A stretch of DNA of 64,000 nucleotides. Origin: Bdellovibrionales bacterium (lineage in GTDB: Bacteria; Bdellovibrionota; Bdellovibrionia; Bdellovibrionales; UBA1609). Under the pieces are notes generated by a model. That model ran no database searches. It was not told the origin of the DNA and saw only the letters and a program-made list of their open reading frames with translations. The stretch spans positions 735,523 to 799,522 of the forward strand of contig OZ241840.1 in NCBI GenBank assembly GCA_965202645.1, read 5' to 3'. Of this stretch, positions 20,819 through 30,762 are shown in pieces (the first letter of the stretch is position 1; each line of letters opens with the position of its first letter). The translations under genes and the position numbers were made by a program.

Positions 20819-22186
20819 TTAAAGATAAGGGGACCACTTAGGGGATTTGTATTGCCAGCGGTCAAAGGTGATTCTCTCCACAGAGAGATCATCTACATTC
20901 ATCACATACAGCTGATAGATCCCTGAGAGATCACTGCTAAACACAACAAAACGCCCATCGGGCGAAAAGCTGGGCGATTCACAGTTGGCCCAGCGGCCAT
21001 TGCTTTTTTTCAAACTGGTCAATCGCCTTAAGCCTGTCCCGTTAGCGGAGATGCGAAACAAATCCATTCTCCCTTTGGATTGGCCGGAAAAAACCAAATC
21101 GCTTTTTACAGGGTGCCAATCGGGATTGGAGTTGTAATGTCCGGCAAAAGTGACCTGCTTGACATTTTGCCCATTCGGGCCGGCGACATAGATCATTGTT
21201 TTTCCCCCTCTGTCAGACGAAAAGGCTATCTTCCGCGTTCTGGGATGAATGCTAGGCTCCACATTGATCGCCCCACGCGGCCCTCTGGTCAAAGGAGAAA
21301 GAGCTTTGGCTTTTAAGCTCATTTTAAAAATATCCAAGAGGCCTGGGCCTGAATTTAAAGTGATCAGAAGGCTCTTTCCTCCGGGAAAAAAGTCAGAGCC
21401 TAGGTTGGCGCCGCTTTGGGCAGACAGCAATTTGACGGTTTTAGATCTAAAATTATAAAGAAACAGCGCCGCCACTCTTTTTTTGAGCTTTTTGTTATAA
21501 ACAAAAGCGCTGTAGCCAGCTTGGCTGGCATTATCAGACCAAGAGGGGGAGAGCGCTATGGAGCGGTGATAAGTCAGCCTCTTTTGATTTTCTCCATTCC
21601 AGTCCATAACAAAAAGCTCTTTTTTTGACCCGCCAACGTTTCGAATGGCTAAAATTTTTGTTTCAAACACGCTTTTCTTTCCGCTAAGGCTCTGAATGAT
21701 ATCATTGGACAATCGATCAATCGTTTGTTTGGCTTGGCTAAGCTCCGCCCGATATGTTTTTTTAAGAGCGATTCTTCTCAGATTGACATTATAAAAAGAG
21801 ACTTCTAAAGCCATTTTCCCCGCCGATACAGAATAATCAGCAAAAAAAAGAAAATCCGCCCCGGCCAGCCTCCAATTTTTCCAGCGGAATCCTTTGGGAT
21901 CTTTGGGATAGGGAACAGAGGATCTGACAGCCGGATTTTCTATAAACGCTTTGGGGGACAAGAGATGAAAGTAAGAGGAAAACTTTAAATTTTTGCCCAG
22001 CCTTTCACGCATCTTTTGTCCGGCGGACAAAGCCTTTGGCCCAGGGTTTTGGCCCCGCAATTTAAAAGGGGATATGGCGATGAGGCTTTTTTTAGCCTTC
22101 TCCGGCGCCCCTATATTGATATAAATTTTGGAATGGGCGGAGAAAGAAAACAACAGGCAAAAAATAAAACAAAATAGCTTTTTCAT
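20819..22186 (-). CDS. tolB: TolB-like periplasmic beta-propeller protein
   Basis: 455 aa with a signal peptide and an N-terminal TolB-type domain (IYINIG...IAISPF). Repeated propeller blades have SPxWSPDG-like motifs (SPSWSD, NPDWHP, SPSFSPDGRF, SPKWSP). No pal or tolQRA genes are adjacent. Confidence 0.8.
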   Translation of the reverse strand: MKKLFCFIFCLLFSFSAHSKIYINIGAPEKAKKSLIAISPFKLRGQNPGPKALSAGQKMRERLGKNLKFSSYFHLLSPKAFIENPAVRSSVPYPKDPKGFRWKNWRLAGADFLFFADYSVSAGKMALEVSFYNVNLRRIALKKTYRAELSQAKQTIDRLSNDIIQSLSGKKSVFETKILAIRNVGGSKKELFVMDWNGENQKRLTYHRSIALSPSWSDNASQAGYSAFVYNKKLKKRVAALFLYNFRSKTVKLLSAQSGANLGSDFFPGGKSLLITLNSGPGLLDIFKMSLKAKALSPLTRGPRGAINVEPSIHPRTRKIAFSSDRGGKTMIYVAGPNGQNVKQVTFAGHYNSNPDWHPVKSDLVFSGQSKGRMDLFRISANGTGLRRLTSLKKSNGRWANCESPSFSPDGRFVVFSSDLSGIYQLYVMNVDDLSVERITFDRWQYKSPKWSPYL

Positions 22187-22266
22187 TTTTTTAAAAGTCA
22201 GCGCAAAATATTATGCTTTTAAGCGCTCAAATTTTTGCAAAGGCTGTTTTAACACATTTAATAAAG

Positions 22267-22487
22267 CTCAGGCAACTAAGAAGCCTGGTTTCTCAACATT
22301 TTTAATAATAGCAGAATACATAAGGTCAGGCAACTAAGAAGCCTGGTTTCTCAACATTTTTAATAAGGTTCATGGTGACTTAGATGGCTCGTTTCTCAAT
22401 ATTTTTAATAATAACAAAACACATAAGGTCAGGCAATTTAAGAGGCCCGTTTCTCAACATTTTTAATAATAGCAGAATACATTATTT
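22267..22487. repeat. Four tandem copies of a 45-58 bp unit between mpg and tolB
   Basis: Unit: tcaggcaactaagaagcctggtttctcaacatttttaataatagcagaatacataagg. The marker tttctcaa recurs at 22289, 22347, 22392 and 22450. Confidence 0.85.
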
Positions 22488-22517
22488 TGTCTATGATTAA
22501 ATTCAAATTCATATTTT

Positions 22518-23129
22518 TTAAACTGAGCAGGATAACTGGCTCTTTCGCACAGACACAAAGGGATTTCCTTTGATATAAAATCTTAAGAGCCAATAAGCGG
22601 AGTCCTCATGCAAAGGAAGGCCCACCCGGCTGTCCGTCTCCAATTCTTCAGCCTTTTTCCCTGGAGCGATATAAAGCTCCCCCTCTTGGCTTAAGTTTTT
22701 GGCGTTTAAGGCTTTTGTGATATGAAAGGCCTGGCAAAGCTTTCCGGGGCCGGAGCAAAGCTCTGTCTCTTTTTGTCTGTTTCGATTTTTGCGCATTTCC
22801 GACAGCCCCTGAACAGGCTGAGCCGCGCGAATCAAAACAGCCTCCGGCTCCCTCTCACTGCCTGTGACCACATTCATACAATAGTGCATTCCATAAGTAA
22901 AATAGACATAGCTATAGCCGCCGGGAAGATACATGGTTTTAGTTCGATCCGTGCGAGAGCCTGTAAAACTATGACAACAGGGATCATTAAGCCCCAAATA
23001 AGCCTCTGTCTCCACAATGCGGGCTGTAAGAGTTGAGCCTTTAAGCTTTCTGACCAAATAACAGCCTAAAAGCTCTTCAGCCACTTGAACAGTGTCCCGC
23101 ATAAAAAAACTTTGCCTTAAAGCTTTCAT
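22518..23129 (-). CDS. mpg: DNA-3-methyladenine glycosylase (Mpg/AAG family)
   Basis: VAEELLGCYLV...ARIVETEAYLG..DPCCHSF.G.RT.RT..MY..GGYSYVYFTYGMHYCMNVV...AVLIRAAQP...GPGKLCQAF matches the AAG family pattern. Confidence 0.85.
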   Translation of the reverse strand: MKALRQSFFMRDTVQVAEELLGCYLVRKLKGSTLTARIVETEAYLGLNDPCCHSFTGSRTDRTKTMYLPGGYSYVYFTYGMHYCMNVVTGSEREPEAVLIRAAQPVQGLSEMRKNRNRQKETELCSGPGKLCQAFHITKALNAKNLSQEGELYIAPGKKAEELETDSRVGLPLHEDSAYWLLRFYIKGNPFVSVRKSQLSCSV

Positions 23130-23450
23130 AAAGCGCCTCCGCTGATTCTTTTTTATACTGCTCCTGTCTGAAATTTTAGTTTTTTACATCCCTTTTTTTC
23201 AGTCGGCAGGCGAAATCTCTCAAGTTCGGCATCCGGTCATGGAGTTCAGCTTTGAGCAAAGCCACGGCTAAAAGCGGATAGGCGGCAAAACATAAGGCTG
23301 AAAATTATAACCAGACAGCGCTCTTGAGAGATATTATTACCTCGCTAAAGAGCGGAACATTCAAAGTTTTCAAACCAGATCATCATAACATCAAAAATCA
23401 TTGTTAAATCCACAAAAAAAGTGTATATAAAAAACAATAAAGGAGCTCTG

Positions 23451-24146
23451 ATGTCCAGTCAAATCCAATTAACAGCCTCATGGAAAAGCCGGCTTTTGCC
23501 TGAATTTCAAAAAGGCTATATGCAAGACCTTAAAGCTTTTTTGCTGGAGGAAAAACAGAAAAACAAAACAATATATCCCAAGGGTGAGGAGTATTTTTCA
23601 GCTTTGGATCTCACCCCTTTTGAAAAAGTCAAAGTGGTCATACTGGGCCAAGATCCTTATCATGGCCGAGGCCAAGCGCATGGCTTATGCTTTTCCGTTT
23701 TGCCGGGGGTCTCCATACCGCCCTCTCTTGTAAATATTTATAAGGAGCTTCAGCAGGATTTGGGCGTCCCTATAGCCTCTCATGGCTTTTTAAGCTCATG
23801 GGCTAAACAGGGAGTCCTGCTTTTAAACAATACTTTAACTGTGGAGGCGGGAAAAGCCGGCTCTCATAAAGGCCGGGGCTGGGAGATATTTACCGACCGA
23901 ATCATCCAGCTTTTAAATGAGGAGCGAGAGCAGTTGGTTTTTCTCTTATGGGGCCGTCCGGCCGGAGAAAAAGGCTCTATCGTGGATGACTCCAAACACT
24001 GCGTGTTAAAGGCGCCGCATCCCTCCCCCTTTTCAGCGGACAGAGGCTTTTTTGGCTGTAAGCATTTTTCAAAAGCCAATGAGTTTTTAAAATCCAAAGG
24101 GATTGAGCCTGTGGACTGGTCCTCTCACCTCCTGCCTCAAAACTAA
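23451..24146 (+). CDS. ung: Uracil-DNA glycosylase (family 1)
   Basis: [16 protein letters not shown] and HPSPFS motifs. The ATG at 23451 follows AAAGGAG. The track ORF starts earlier, at 23421. Confidence 0.9.
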   Translation: MSSQIQLTASWKSRLLPEFQKGYMQDLKAFLLEEKQKNKTIYPKGEEYFSALDLTPFEKVKVVILGQDPYHGRGQAHGLCFSVLPGVSIPPSLVNIYKELQQDLGVPIASHGFLSSWAKQGVLLLNNTLTVEAGKAGSHKGRGWEIFTDRIIQLLNEEREQLVFLLWGRPAGEKGSIVDDSKHCVLKAPHPSPFSADRGFFGCKHFSKANEFLKSKGIEPVDWSSHLLPQN

Positions 24147-24321
24147 AACTGCCTGAAGGCTCTTTCTGCTCACCAAAAATATATTAAAAACTGATGGACA
24201 ATAGAGCTGAAAAGGCTTAAAATAAAACTATCATACCCCCTTCAAGAAAGAAAAAAATTGATAAAAAGCGGATTATTTGGTAAAATATCAGTTTCCGGCC
24301 TCTTAGGCCAAGTCGGAGAAT

Positions 24322-24447
24322 ATGCAAATTACAGACTATCACGCTAAATACTATGTCCATGAGCTGAAAAAGCGCTGTCAACCGGATGAGAAAAAAGGCA
24401 TTATTCTTAAAAACTTTGAATCAAAAATTTCAAGGAGGCTAAAATGA
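24322..24447 (+). pseudogene. 41-codon stub resembling the N-terminus of an SNF2-type defence-associated helicase; overlaps the Fic start (ATGA)
   Basis: MQITDYHAKYYVHELKKRCQPD... resembles the conserved M-x-L-T-DYHAKYFAHELT-KR N-terminus that I recall from SNF2 helicases found in restriction-like operons. After about 20 aa the similarity ends and a stop follows. An SD (GGAGAA) is present. Confidence 0.35.
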
Positions 24448-25526
24448 GCAAAAAGCCATTCTCGCCAAAGTTTAAAATTACCCAATCTATACTAGGCGCT
24501 TTAATGAAAATTGAGAAAGCCAGGGGGTTTTTAGAAGCGGCCAAATTTTCTGATCAATGGATAAAAAAGATGAGCCAAAACGCCTTGCTTTTAGAGACTC
24601 ATCACACAACCCATATAGAGGGAACTCAGCTTACCCTCAAGCAGTCGGCCAGGATTTTGGCCGGCCATCCTCCTTCCGGAGCGGATAAAGAGGATATAAA
24701 AGAAGTGAAAAATTATAGAGACGCTTTCAATTTGATGGTAAATTATCTAAAAAAAGAGAGTGTGATCAAAGAGTCCCTTATCAAAGAGATTCATAAAGAG
24801 CTGGTCAAAGGGGTTCGGGGAGACCGGGCCAAACCCGGGCGATATAGGGATATACAAAATTATGTGGGAAACGCCGTTACCGGAGAGATTATTTACATGC
24901 CTCCCAAGCCACAGGCTGTCCCCGCTCTTATGAAAGATTTTGTGAAATGGATCAATCAGGAAACAAAGATTCATCCGGTTTTAAAAAGCGGCATTATTCA
25001 GTTTCAGTTTGTTCATATCCATCCTTTTGTTGACGGCAATGGGCGAGCCTCGCGGCTCCTTTGCGCCTTTTATCTCTACAAATCAGATTACGATTTTAAA
25101 AAACTTTTTTCCATCAGTGAATACTACGATAAAAACAGAAGAGGTTTTTACGACGCTATTCAATCTGTGCGAAAAAGCAATATGGATATGACTTTTTGGC
25201 TTGAATATTTTGTAAAAGGGCTATTGTCTCAAATGAATGAGGTTATAGAAGCCGGAAAAAAAGCGATAAGGACGGGCGCTTTTGCGCAAAATCACAATTT
25301 ATCCTCAAGACAAAGCGTCATTGTGGAGCATATTTTAGAAAACGGGAAGCTTCTGCCAAGGGACTTTGAGGCATTGCGGGAGAAAATGGAGCTTTCCGGC
25401 AAAACAATAGCCAAAATAACAAAAAGAACATTTCAGAGGGATTTAAAGGAAATGGTTGAAAAAAAAGCGCTCCGGATTCAAGGGGCAACACATAAAATAT
25501 TTTATATCTTAGGAGATCAAAGCTGA
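24444..25526 (+). CDS. Fic family protein (class II, N-terminal inhibitory helix) with C-terminal wHTH-like region
   Basis: Fic motif HPFVDGNGRASR. Inhibitory motif (S/T)xxxE(G/N) present as TTHIEG. Strong SD (AAGGAGG). Confidence 0.85.
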   Translation: MSKKPFSPKFKITQSILGALMKIEKARGFLEAAKFSDQWIKKMSQNALLLETHHTTHIEGTQLTLKQSARILAGHPPSGADKEDIKEVKNYRDAFNLMVNYLKKESVIKESLIKEIHKELVKGVRGDRAKPGRYRDIQNYVGNAVTGEIIYMPPKPQAVPALMKDFVKWINQETKIHPVLKSGIIQFQFVHIHPFVDGNGRASRLLCAFYLYKSDYDFKKLFSISEYYDKNRRGFYDAIQSVRKSNMDMTFWLEYFVKGLLSQMNEVIEAGKKAIRTGAFAQNHNLSSRQSVIVEHILENGKLLPRDFEALREKMELSGKTIAKITKRTFQRDLKEMVEKKALRIQGATHKIFYILGDQS

Positions 25527-25588
25527 GTTATGCCAGAAACTTTGAAAAATATCTGTAAAAATATAAAACGAGAAAGAGACAAAAATAA

Positions 25589-28525
25589 ATGAAACTCAAA
25601 TTTAATCCTAACCAAAAACATCAACTGGACGCCATATCCGCAATAACGGATCTATTCATTGGCCAGGAGCCTGATTCTTATAAAATTTTTGGTGAGTTCA
25701 TCGGAAGAATCGGTGAATTGTCTGAACTGTCCACATTGGGGGGCGGTTACACCGGAGGATATTACGGCAATAAACTTATTTTAAATAATGCAACCAATAG
25801 AGAAAAAGTCCATGAGCAAATCAACAAAAATCTAAAAGCCGTCCAAAAAAGAAATCAAATCATTTCTCTAGAGAGCGTGGAATCTAAGGGACTGAACTTT
25901 TCCGTGGAAATGGAGACAGGAACAGGAAAAACTTATGCTTATCTCAGAACCATATTTGAATTACACGCTCAATACGGCTTTAAAAAATTTATTATTGTTG
26001 TTCCCTCAGTGGCTGTTAGAGAGGGGGTTTTAAAATCTCTTGAAATGATGAGAGATCATTTTGATGAATTGTATAATAAAACGCCATTTTCCCAATTTGT
26101 TTATCAATCTAAAAAGCCTGGCATACTCAGAGTTTTCGCCAGAGGCAATGATTTGCAAATTATGATTATCAACATAGACGCTTTCAATAAAGACAGCAAC
26201 ATCATCAGACAGCAAAGAGATCATATAGGCGGGGCAAGACCCATTGATTTTATACAAGCTGTGTGTCCCATTGTCATCATTGATGAGCCTCAAAATATGG
26301 AAAGCGAAAAATCCCGCTCCGCCATTGCGTCCCTTAATCCGCTTTTCACCTTGAGATACTCTGCCACACACAGAGATCTTTATAATCCTGTTTATTGTCT
26401 GAACCCTGTTCAGGCTTTTCAAAAAAAGCTGGTTAAGAAAATTTCTGTAGCCTCTGTAGTGGCGGAAAATGATCCTGTGCGAGCATACTTAAAAGTTTTA
26501 AGGATTACGAATAAGAATAATAATTTCCGATGCGCCGTTCAGTTCTTTCAAAACACAAAAGAGGGCCGCAAGCTGACAAAAAAAGTTTGCAAACAGCACG
26601 ATGACCTGTTTGTTCACTCAAAGGAAAATTCAATTTATAAAAACGGATTCAAAATTACAGAAATCAACTGCAAACCCGGAGGAGAGTTTATTAAATTTTC
26701 TAATGGATTGCGGATGTCTCAGAGAGAGGAGCAAGGAGGATTTAAAGAGTCAACGCTTAAAATTCAAATCAAGGAGACTATCAAAGCCCATTTTGAAAAA
26801 GAGTTGCAATTAAAAGGCCGGGGGATAAAAGTTTTATCCCTTTTCTTTTTAGATTGGGTGGAAAACTATAGAATTTACAAGAATGGCCGCGCCTTTTTGG
26901 GGCCTTATGGAAAATGGTTTGAGGAAATTTACAAAACAGTCTCAAAAGAATATGAGAAAGATCTGAATATAACCCCTGTCTCAGAAGCTCATAATGGCTA
27001 CTTTTCAAAAGACAGAAAAGGCGCCTTAAAAAACACAAAAGGAAGCGCTAGAGAAGACGCGGACACTTACAGTTTGATTATGAAAGACAAGGAAAAACTG
27101 CTGGATATAGAAAACCCATTGAAATTTATTTTTTCCCATTCTGCCTTGAGAGAAGGGTGGGATAATCCGAATATTTTTCAAATTTGCGCGCTTAACGAAA
27201 CAGGATCTTCCATTAAAAAAAGACAGGAAATAGGCCGAGGCTTAAGATTGCCGGTTAATCAAGAGGGAAAAAGAATCAAAGATGATCTAATCAACAACCT
27301 AACGGTTGTAGCCAATGAAAGCTACAGCGCTTGGACAGACAGTCTGCAAAAAGAGTTTGAAGCAGACTGCGGAGTTGTCTTTGGAGATCTTCCACTAAAC
27401 GCTTTTATTGGCATGGCTTTTGAAACAAAGGACAAAGAGCGGACAATTACCGCTGAGGAGTCAAAAGAGATATGGGAGCATCTGAAAAAAGCAAATTGCC
27501 TTTCTGAAACCGGATTTATCACAAAACAATTTAATCAAACTGTTCAAAATAACAGCTTTTTTGTCCCAGATAAATTTAAAGCCATTGCCAATAATATCAT
27601 TCAGACATTGGAGCAATATCAGTTGGAATCTCATATAAAAAAGCGTGTAGAGAAAAAAAGAGCGCGCTTAAATCAAAAGGCGCTTTTAGATCCTGAATTT
27701 CAGAAATTCTGGAAAGCCATCGCACAAAAAACAATTTACTCAGTTTATTATGACAGTCAAAAGCTGATTGAAAAAGCTGGCCGCGCAATCAAAAAGAGCG
27801 CTCCTGTTCAACCTCTGCAAATCATCACTCAAACAGCAGATATTGAAGTGCGGTCCAGGGGTGTCAGCGCTCATGCTGTGAAAACAGCTGATTATTCCCC
27901 TCTTCCTGAAAGAGCAAGAGCGCCTGATATCTTGTCTTATATTGAGGAGAAAATCCCTATTACAAAAAAAACTGTTTTAAATATATTAAAACAATCAGAA
28001 AGGCTTGAGGATTTTTCCATCAATCCGCAACAATTTATGGATTTGGCGGTCCAAAAAATAAAAGAAGTTTTACATGGGCTTATAATAGAAGGAATCAAAT
28101 ATGAAAAATTGGATAAAATCTCTTATGAAATGTCTCAATTTACAAAAGATGTGCATCAAATGGAGTTTGTTGGAGATAAAATTATCCCGACTGAAAAATC
28201 TGTTTATGATTATATTTATTATGAATCAGGGATTGAAAAAAAATTTGCTGAGGCTCTTGAAAATATGAGAGATATAAAATACTTTATTAAACTGCCAAAC
28301 TGGTTTAAAGTTCCGACTCCGGTTGGAGATTATAATCCCGATTGGGCCATACTCAAAAAAAATGGGAAAATTGTTTATATGATAAGGGAAACAAAATCCA
28401 CTTTAAAAGAATTAGGTTTGCGCGGTCTGGAAAAAGCAAAAATTAAATGCGGCCAAAGACATTTTGCAAGCATCGGGATCAATTATAAAGTTTGCTCTTC
28501 TGTTAAAGATGCGGATCTGGGGTGA
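25589..28525 (+). CDS. Type III restriction enzyme Res-like helicase/endonuclease subunit (orphan, no Mod gene nearby)
   Basis: 978 aa. Blocks FSVEMETGTGKTYAYLRTIFEL..YGFKKFIIVVPSVAVREGV, IVIIDEPQNM, LRYSATH and HSALREGWDNPNIFQI are typical of Res subunits. The C-terminal region (DYNPDWAIL...IRETK) looks PD-(D/E)xK-like. Confidence 0.8.
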   Translation: MKLKFNPNQKHQLDAISAITDLFIGQEPDSYKIFGEFIGRIGELSELSTLGGGYTGGYYGNKLILNNATNREKVHEQINKNLKAVQKRNQIISLESVESKGLNFSVEMETGTGKTYAYLRTIFELHAQYGFKKFIIVVPSVAVREGVLKSLEMMRDHFDELYNKTPFSQFVYQSKKPGILRVFARGNDLQIMIINIDAFNKDSNIIRQQRDHIGGARPIDFIQAVCPIVIIDEPQNMESEKSRSAIASLNPLFTLRYSATHRDLYNPVYCLNPVQAFQKKLVKKISVASVVAENDPVRAYLKVLRITNKNNNFRCAVQFFQNTKEGRKLTKKVCKQHDDLFVHSKENSIYKNGFKITEINCKPGGEFIKFSNGLRMSQREEQGGFKESTLKIQIKETIKAHFEKELQLKGRGIKVLSLFFLDWVENYRIYKNGRAFLGPYGKWFEEIYKTVSKEYEKDLNITPVSEAHNGYFSKDRKGALKNTKGSAREDADTYSLIMKDKEKLLDIENPLKFIFSHSALREGWDNPNIFQICALNETGSSIKKRQEIGRGLRLPVNQEGKRIKDDLINNLTVVANESYSAWTDSLQKEFEADCGVVFGDLPLNAFIGMAFETKDKERTITAEESKEIWEHLKKANCLSETGFITKQFNQTVQNNSFFVPDKFKAIANNIIQTLEQYQLESHIKKRVEKKRARLNQKALLDPEFQKFWKAIAQKTIYSVYYDSQKLIEKAGRAIKKSAPVQPLQIITQTADIEVRSRGVSAHAVKTADYSPLPERARAPDILSYIEEKIPITKKTVLNILKQSERLEDFSINPQQFMDLAVQKIKEVLHGLIIEGIKYEKLDKISYEMSQFTKDVHQMEFVGDKIIPTEKSVYDYIYYESGIEKKFAEALENMRDIKYFIKLPNWFKVPTPVGDYNPDWAILKKNGKIVYMIRETKSTLKELGLRGLEKAKIKCGQRHFASIGINYKVCSSVKDADLG

Positions 28526-28782
28526 AGGAAAAAATTAGAGCGTGTCCTCATTTTCAAGTTTAAAATATAGAATGAAGAGAAAATACTTAACAGCATTCAA
28601 ATAAATAACTTGCTCCGCGCCCACTTTACAAAAAAAAGGAGAATCTATAATAGGCCTGTTTACAAAAATCATGAGCAAATTCTCTAATAAAGTTGAGTCT
28701 GATAACCCTGCCATTGAAAATGCAATAAAAGCCTATTTTTGAAAAAATCCTATTTCAAGCTTGAGAGGTAAAAAAATAGTCT

Positions 28783-29692
28783 TTAAATATCCCAAGGCCC
28801 CAGAGCTTTCCAATATTTTGGCAAACGCTTTTTTGTTGTAAGAGCTTTCACTATAGGCAAAAGAAATAATTTTAAAGATTCTATAACATCAGAAAAAGAG
28901 GGGGAATCCTTCTGATCCAATGTTTTTATAAAAACATTCCACTCCTTTTCTTTCTTTTTTATAAATTCCTGATTAAAGGCCGTAATTTCTTGTTTTAAAG
29001 AGGCGCCTCTATTTTTAAAGGTCAGATCAATAGCTTTTGATAACCTATGGCCTTCAAAGTTGTATTCTCGGGATAATATCCATAAGTCATAAAAGTCTTT
29101 CATCCGACTATTCCAGTCTCCTAACTTCATCAGAGCTTCAAATTTTTCCGCAACAATACTTTCCAAACTATAACACCAAAGCTTAGGGGCGGGAAAATCC
29201 AAGATACAAGGAAAAGCCATTTTCTTTAGGTTCAGGAAAAATGACATCATGAAAGCTTATATCAATTTGCATATTGATTTTTGCTGAATCCAAAGTCCCA
29301 TAAAATAACACCCGTATACCCTTATAAGAGGCATCTCTTTTAATATCCTCAAGGCAAATGCTTTGTGAATCAAAGACAAGACCATCTTCTTCTGCTTTGA
29401 TAGATAGAACATCTTTTATTTGTTTTATTATTTCAGATGCTTCATCATTTCTTTTTTGTGATATATCAATATCCATAGTGGGACGAAACTTCTCTGCTTT
29501 TCTAACTTGCAGAGCTAAAGCTCCCTTAAGAATAAAAGAGTCCACATAATCAGATTGAGATAAACGATACAAAAACCTCTCTATAGCATAATACTGCAAA
29601 AGCTCATTAAAAGGCCTTTTGTCTTTTCTGGATATATTTAAAAGCCTCTGCCTCACAGAGGCCGGAACATTTGTAATTTGTTTTTTTGTCAT
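28783..29692 (-). pseudogene. AbiEii/DUF1814 nucleotidyltransferase toxin, split by a frameshift
   Basis: Two overlapping ORFs (29183-29692 and 28783-29250) together give a full-length AbiEii-like protein (N-part ...RQRLLNISRK...ERFLYRLSQS...ILKGALAL...RPTMDIDI; C-part ...SIVAEKFEALM...). The frame changes within 29183-29250. Confidence 0.7.
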
Positions 29693-30309
29693 ATTATGCT
29701 TTCTATATAAGGTTTCATAACATTTTTAATATGGCATACTTTTGCATATTTGATCAATTTTGAAGGATTAAATGTTTTTCTTTCTCTATAAAAAGCCAAG
29801 GCTTCCAAAACAACGCTCATGCCAATTTTATTTCTAAATTTAAAACAATCCACTACTGTTTTTTCAGGGTTGTATATTTTAACAGGGATTTTATCAAAAA
29901 TATATGTGTCAGCGCCTGAAGAAAAACTTTGACTAGAAAATTGATGAATAGAAACAGGAGGATAATCTATTCTGGGTCTGTGAGCGCCTCGTTTTACAGC
30001 TACCCAAATTTTATGAGGAATCTGTGTTGTTAAATTATGAAAAGCCAAAGCGGAAATTAAACAAATAATCCCATTTGGAGCTCTTAAGGCCACTGTCACA
30101 AAATCAGGATGAGAAACCTTATTTTGTTTTAATTTATATAAACCATAAGAAATTTGCTCTAAAACCCCTTTATCCCTCAAGCTATATAAAGTTCTTGGAT
30201 GAATATGTTTTTTTATGGCTTCATTGGCCTTTATAATGCCCTTATTGGCTTTTATAATATGAACGGCATTTTTTTCTTTAGAGGCATTCATGGATAAAAA
30301 CCTTTTCAT
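29689..30309 (-). CDS. AbiEi-family antitoxin / transcriptional regulator (type IV TA)
   Basis: 206 aa. It sits immediately upstream of AbiEii with a 4-nt overlap. The N-terminal wHTH-like segment (IHPRTLYSLRDKGVLEQISYGLYKL) and C-terminal domain pattern fit AbiEi_4. Confidence 0.7.
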   Translation of the reverse strand: MKRFLSMNASKEKNAVHIIKANKGIIKANEAIKKHIHPRTLYSLRDKGVLEQISYGLYKLKQNKVSHPDFVTVALRAPNGIICLISALAFHNLTTQIPHKIWVAVKRGAHRPRIDYPPVSIHQFSSQSFSSGADTYIFDKIPVKIYNPEKTVVDCFKFRNKIGMSVVLEALAFYRERKTFNPSKLIKYAKVCHIKNVMKPYIESII

Positions 30310-30435
30310 TTATTTATATATGAGTATAATCTTATCCATATTTAGAATAAAATCAAGAATAAAGCTATAAAATTATCAGAAAAAGCCTCGTTTTCATTCA
30401 GAATGCCCAAAATAAAGGCCATTAAATTTGATAAA

Positions 30436-30516
30436 GAGCGGCCCCGATCCCTAATTGATTGAACAGGAGGGGCTAAACTTTAAACCTTTCCTGTTCAATC
30501 AATGGGGCTCAGTTCA
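30436..30516. mobile_element. MITE-like hairpin derived from an IS3-family terminal repeat
   Basis: attgattgaacagg (30454-30467) and cctgttcaatcaat (30490-30503) are perfect inverted repeats around a 22-nt loop. The right arm continues as cctgttcaatcaatggggctcagttca, about 90% identical to the IS3-type end at 63631-63658. Confidence 0.6.
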
Positions 30517-30762
30517 AACCTTTTCAAAAAAAACAAGAGCCTGCCGGATACCGGAAATAGCCGGCCAAATCATCCTTAAAACTTAAAAAAATCTCTGCGC
30601 CTAACAGGCTGTTCCTCCCTCGCCACCGGGTTTTGATCGGAAAAAATCGCTTATTTTTAGCCTTTCATTTCAATTTAAAGCCACAGCCCCTGGGTATGGA
30701 ATCTTTTTTGCTATGTGTATATAGCTGGAGCTTATCTCAAACAAAAAGAAAGGAGAATAATT

